A stretch of DNA of 64,000 nucleotides from Phoronis australis (lineage: Eukaryota > Animalia > Phoronida), in assembly GCA_002633005.1 (NCBI GenBank), contig NMRA01000213.1, positions 589,529 through 653,528 on the forward strand. The letters are read 5' to 3'. The translations under genes were made by a program, and so were the position numbers. Every line of letters begins with the position of its first letter. Position 1 is the stretch's first letter. The notes beneath the pieces were generated by a model. It had not been told where the DNA came from, did no database searches, and saw only the letters and a program-made list of their open reading frames with translations. This document shows positions 63,387-64,000 of the stretch, piece by piece.

Positions 63387-63476
63387 GGAATAGTGTCGGC
63401 GACGAAGGTTCATCCACCTACCACCCGTCGGGCAAAACCGAAGGAGCGCTGCATTACTACAATTACACCCACGCCG
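63387..63476 (+). CDS. Candidate 90-nt exon of the next tandem copy
   Basis: Paralog of 14605-14694: NSVGDEGSSTYHPSGKTEGALHYYNYTHA, open frame, no indel, AG and GTAAGT. Confidence 0.45.
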
Positions 63477-64000
63477 GTAAGTCATAACGAAACACAATAA
63501 TTGCAAAGTTAAATTGTTTTTGTAGCTTATTAAGAACCAGTCTGAACTCACTGTTGAGCAAAACTCAAACGACGACACATCTTTGGATCTATGTTTTGCC
63601 AAAAGTTCTCAAAGAAGCATATAGCTTGGGAAGTAAAGTAAATTCTAAAACAATTATTTTACGAAGTCGTCTGTGGTTAGTACAACAAATTGCCAGCTGT
63701 CATGTAGTGTAGCCTCGTTTGAGGTGGAATGTTACACATCCATCAGTTTTAAAAAACAGTAAATTGACGAAAAACAAAGCCAGCGCTTTATTTTAGAAGT
63801 TGGGTTACTTCTTCGGATAAATGAAAAGCCCCATGCGATACTCGCCTTAATAATAGTCACAAAACGTGAGAGCACGGGACAGGAGCTGGCATCTTTAACA
63901 AACTACTGGGTTTAGTGTTAACTACGCCATAGTGCTGTAGCCAAGTGTCATCTACACATAAACAAAGACCGTGAGAGAGTTAATGTATTTTGCACCCTCG

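Larger units (their letters stand above)
53568..64000 (+). repeat. Copy B of the tandem segmental duplication
   Basis: Colinear matches listed above; the last bases (gagagttaatgtattttgcaccctcg) match 15196-15222. Confidence 0.9.

Overview
Eukaryotic, AT-rich, repeat-rich genomic DNA, probably from a marine invertebrate. It contains an 837-nt N gap (10288-11124) and two single-N joins (46353, 51975). The core is one spliced + strand gene model (about 15.35-42.5 kb, 20 exons, about 1,500 codons, plus a candidate extra exon at 14605-14694). It encodes a heavily N-glycosylated mosaic lectin: SUEL/Gal-lectin - [PAN - C-type lectin - TSP1] - WSC - WSC - [PAN - CTL - TSP1] - [PAN - CTL] - F5/8 type C - TSP1 x4 - ShKT/Gly-rich. 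Every domain boundary falls on a phase-1 intron. No start/signal-peptide exon or transmembrane exon was found. The locus lies in a tandem segmental duplication of about 49-54 kb: 1-15222 is patchily repeated at about 53570-64000, and the window ends about 130 nt before the predicted next SUEL exon. Other notable signals: (1) two recently duplicated WSC exons whose differences all change the protein; (2) a GC-AG intron; (3) about 26 TACATGTA octamers, several shown by internal paralog comparison to be 6-bp insertions at TA, like Tc1/mariner excision footprints; (4) Penelope-like palindromes carrying minimal hammerhead ribozymes; (5) a 5-kb MITE-bracketed block with a 5-bp TSD; (6) a Helentron/HINE whose empty site is also in the window; (7) CR1, L2/Crack, HERO, Kolobok-like and IS3EU-like elements; (8) a perfect 28-bp minisatellite. 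All calls come from manual reading and translation; no database searches were run.
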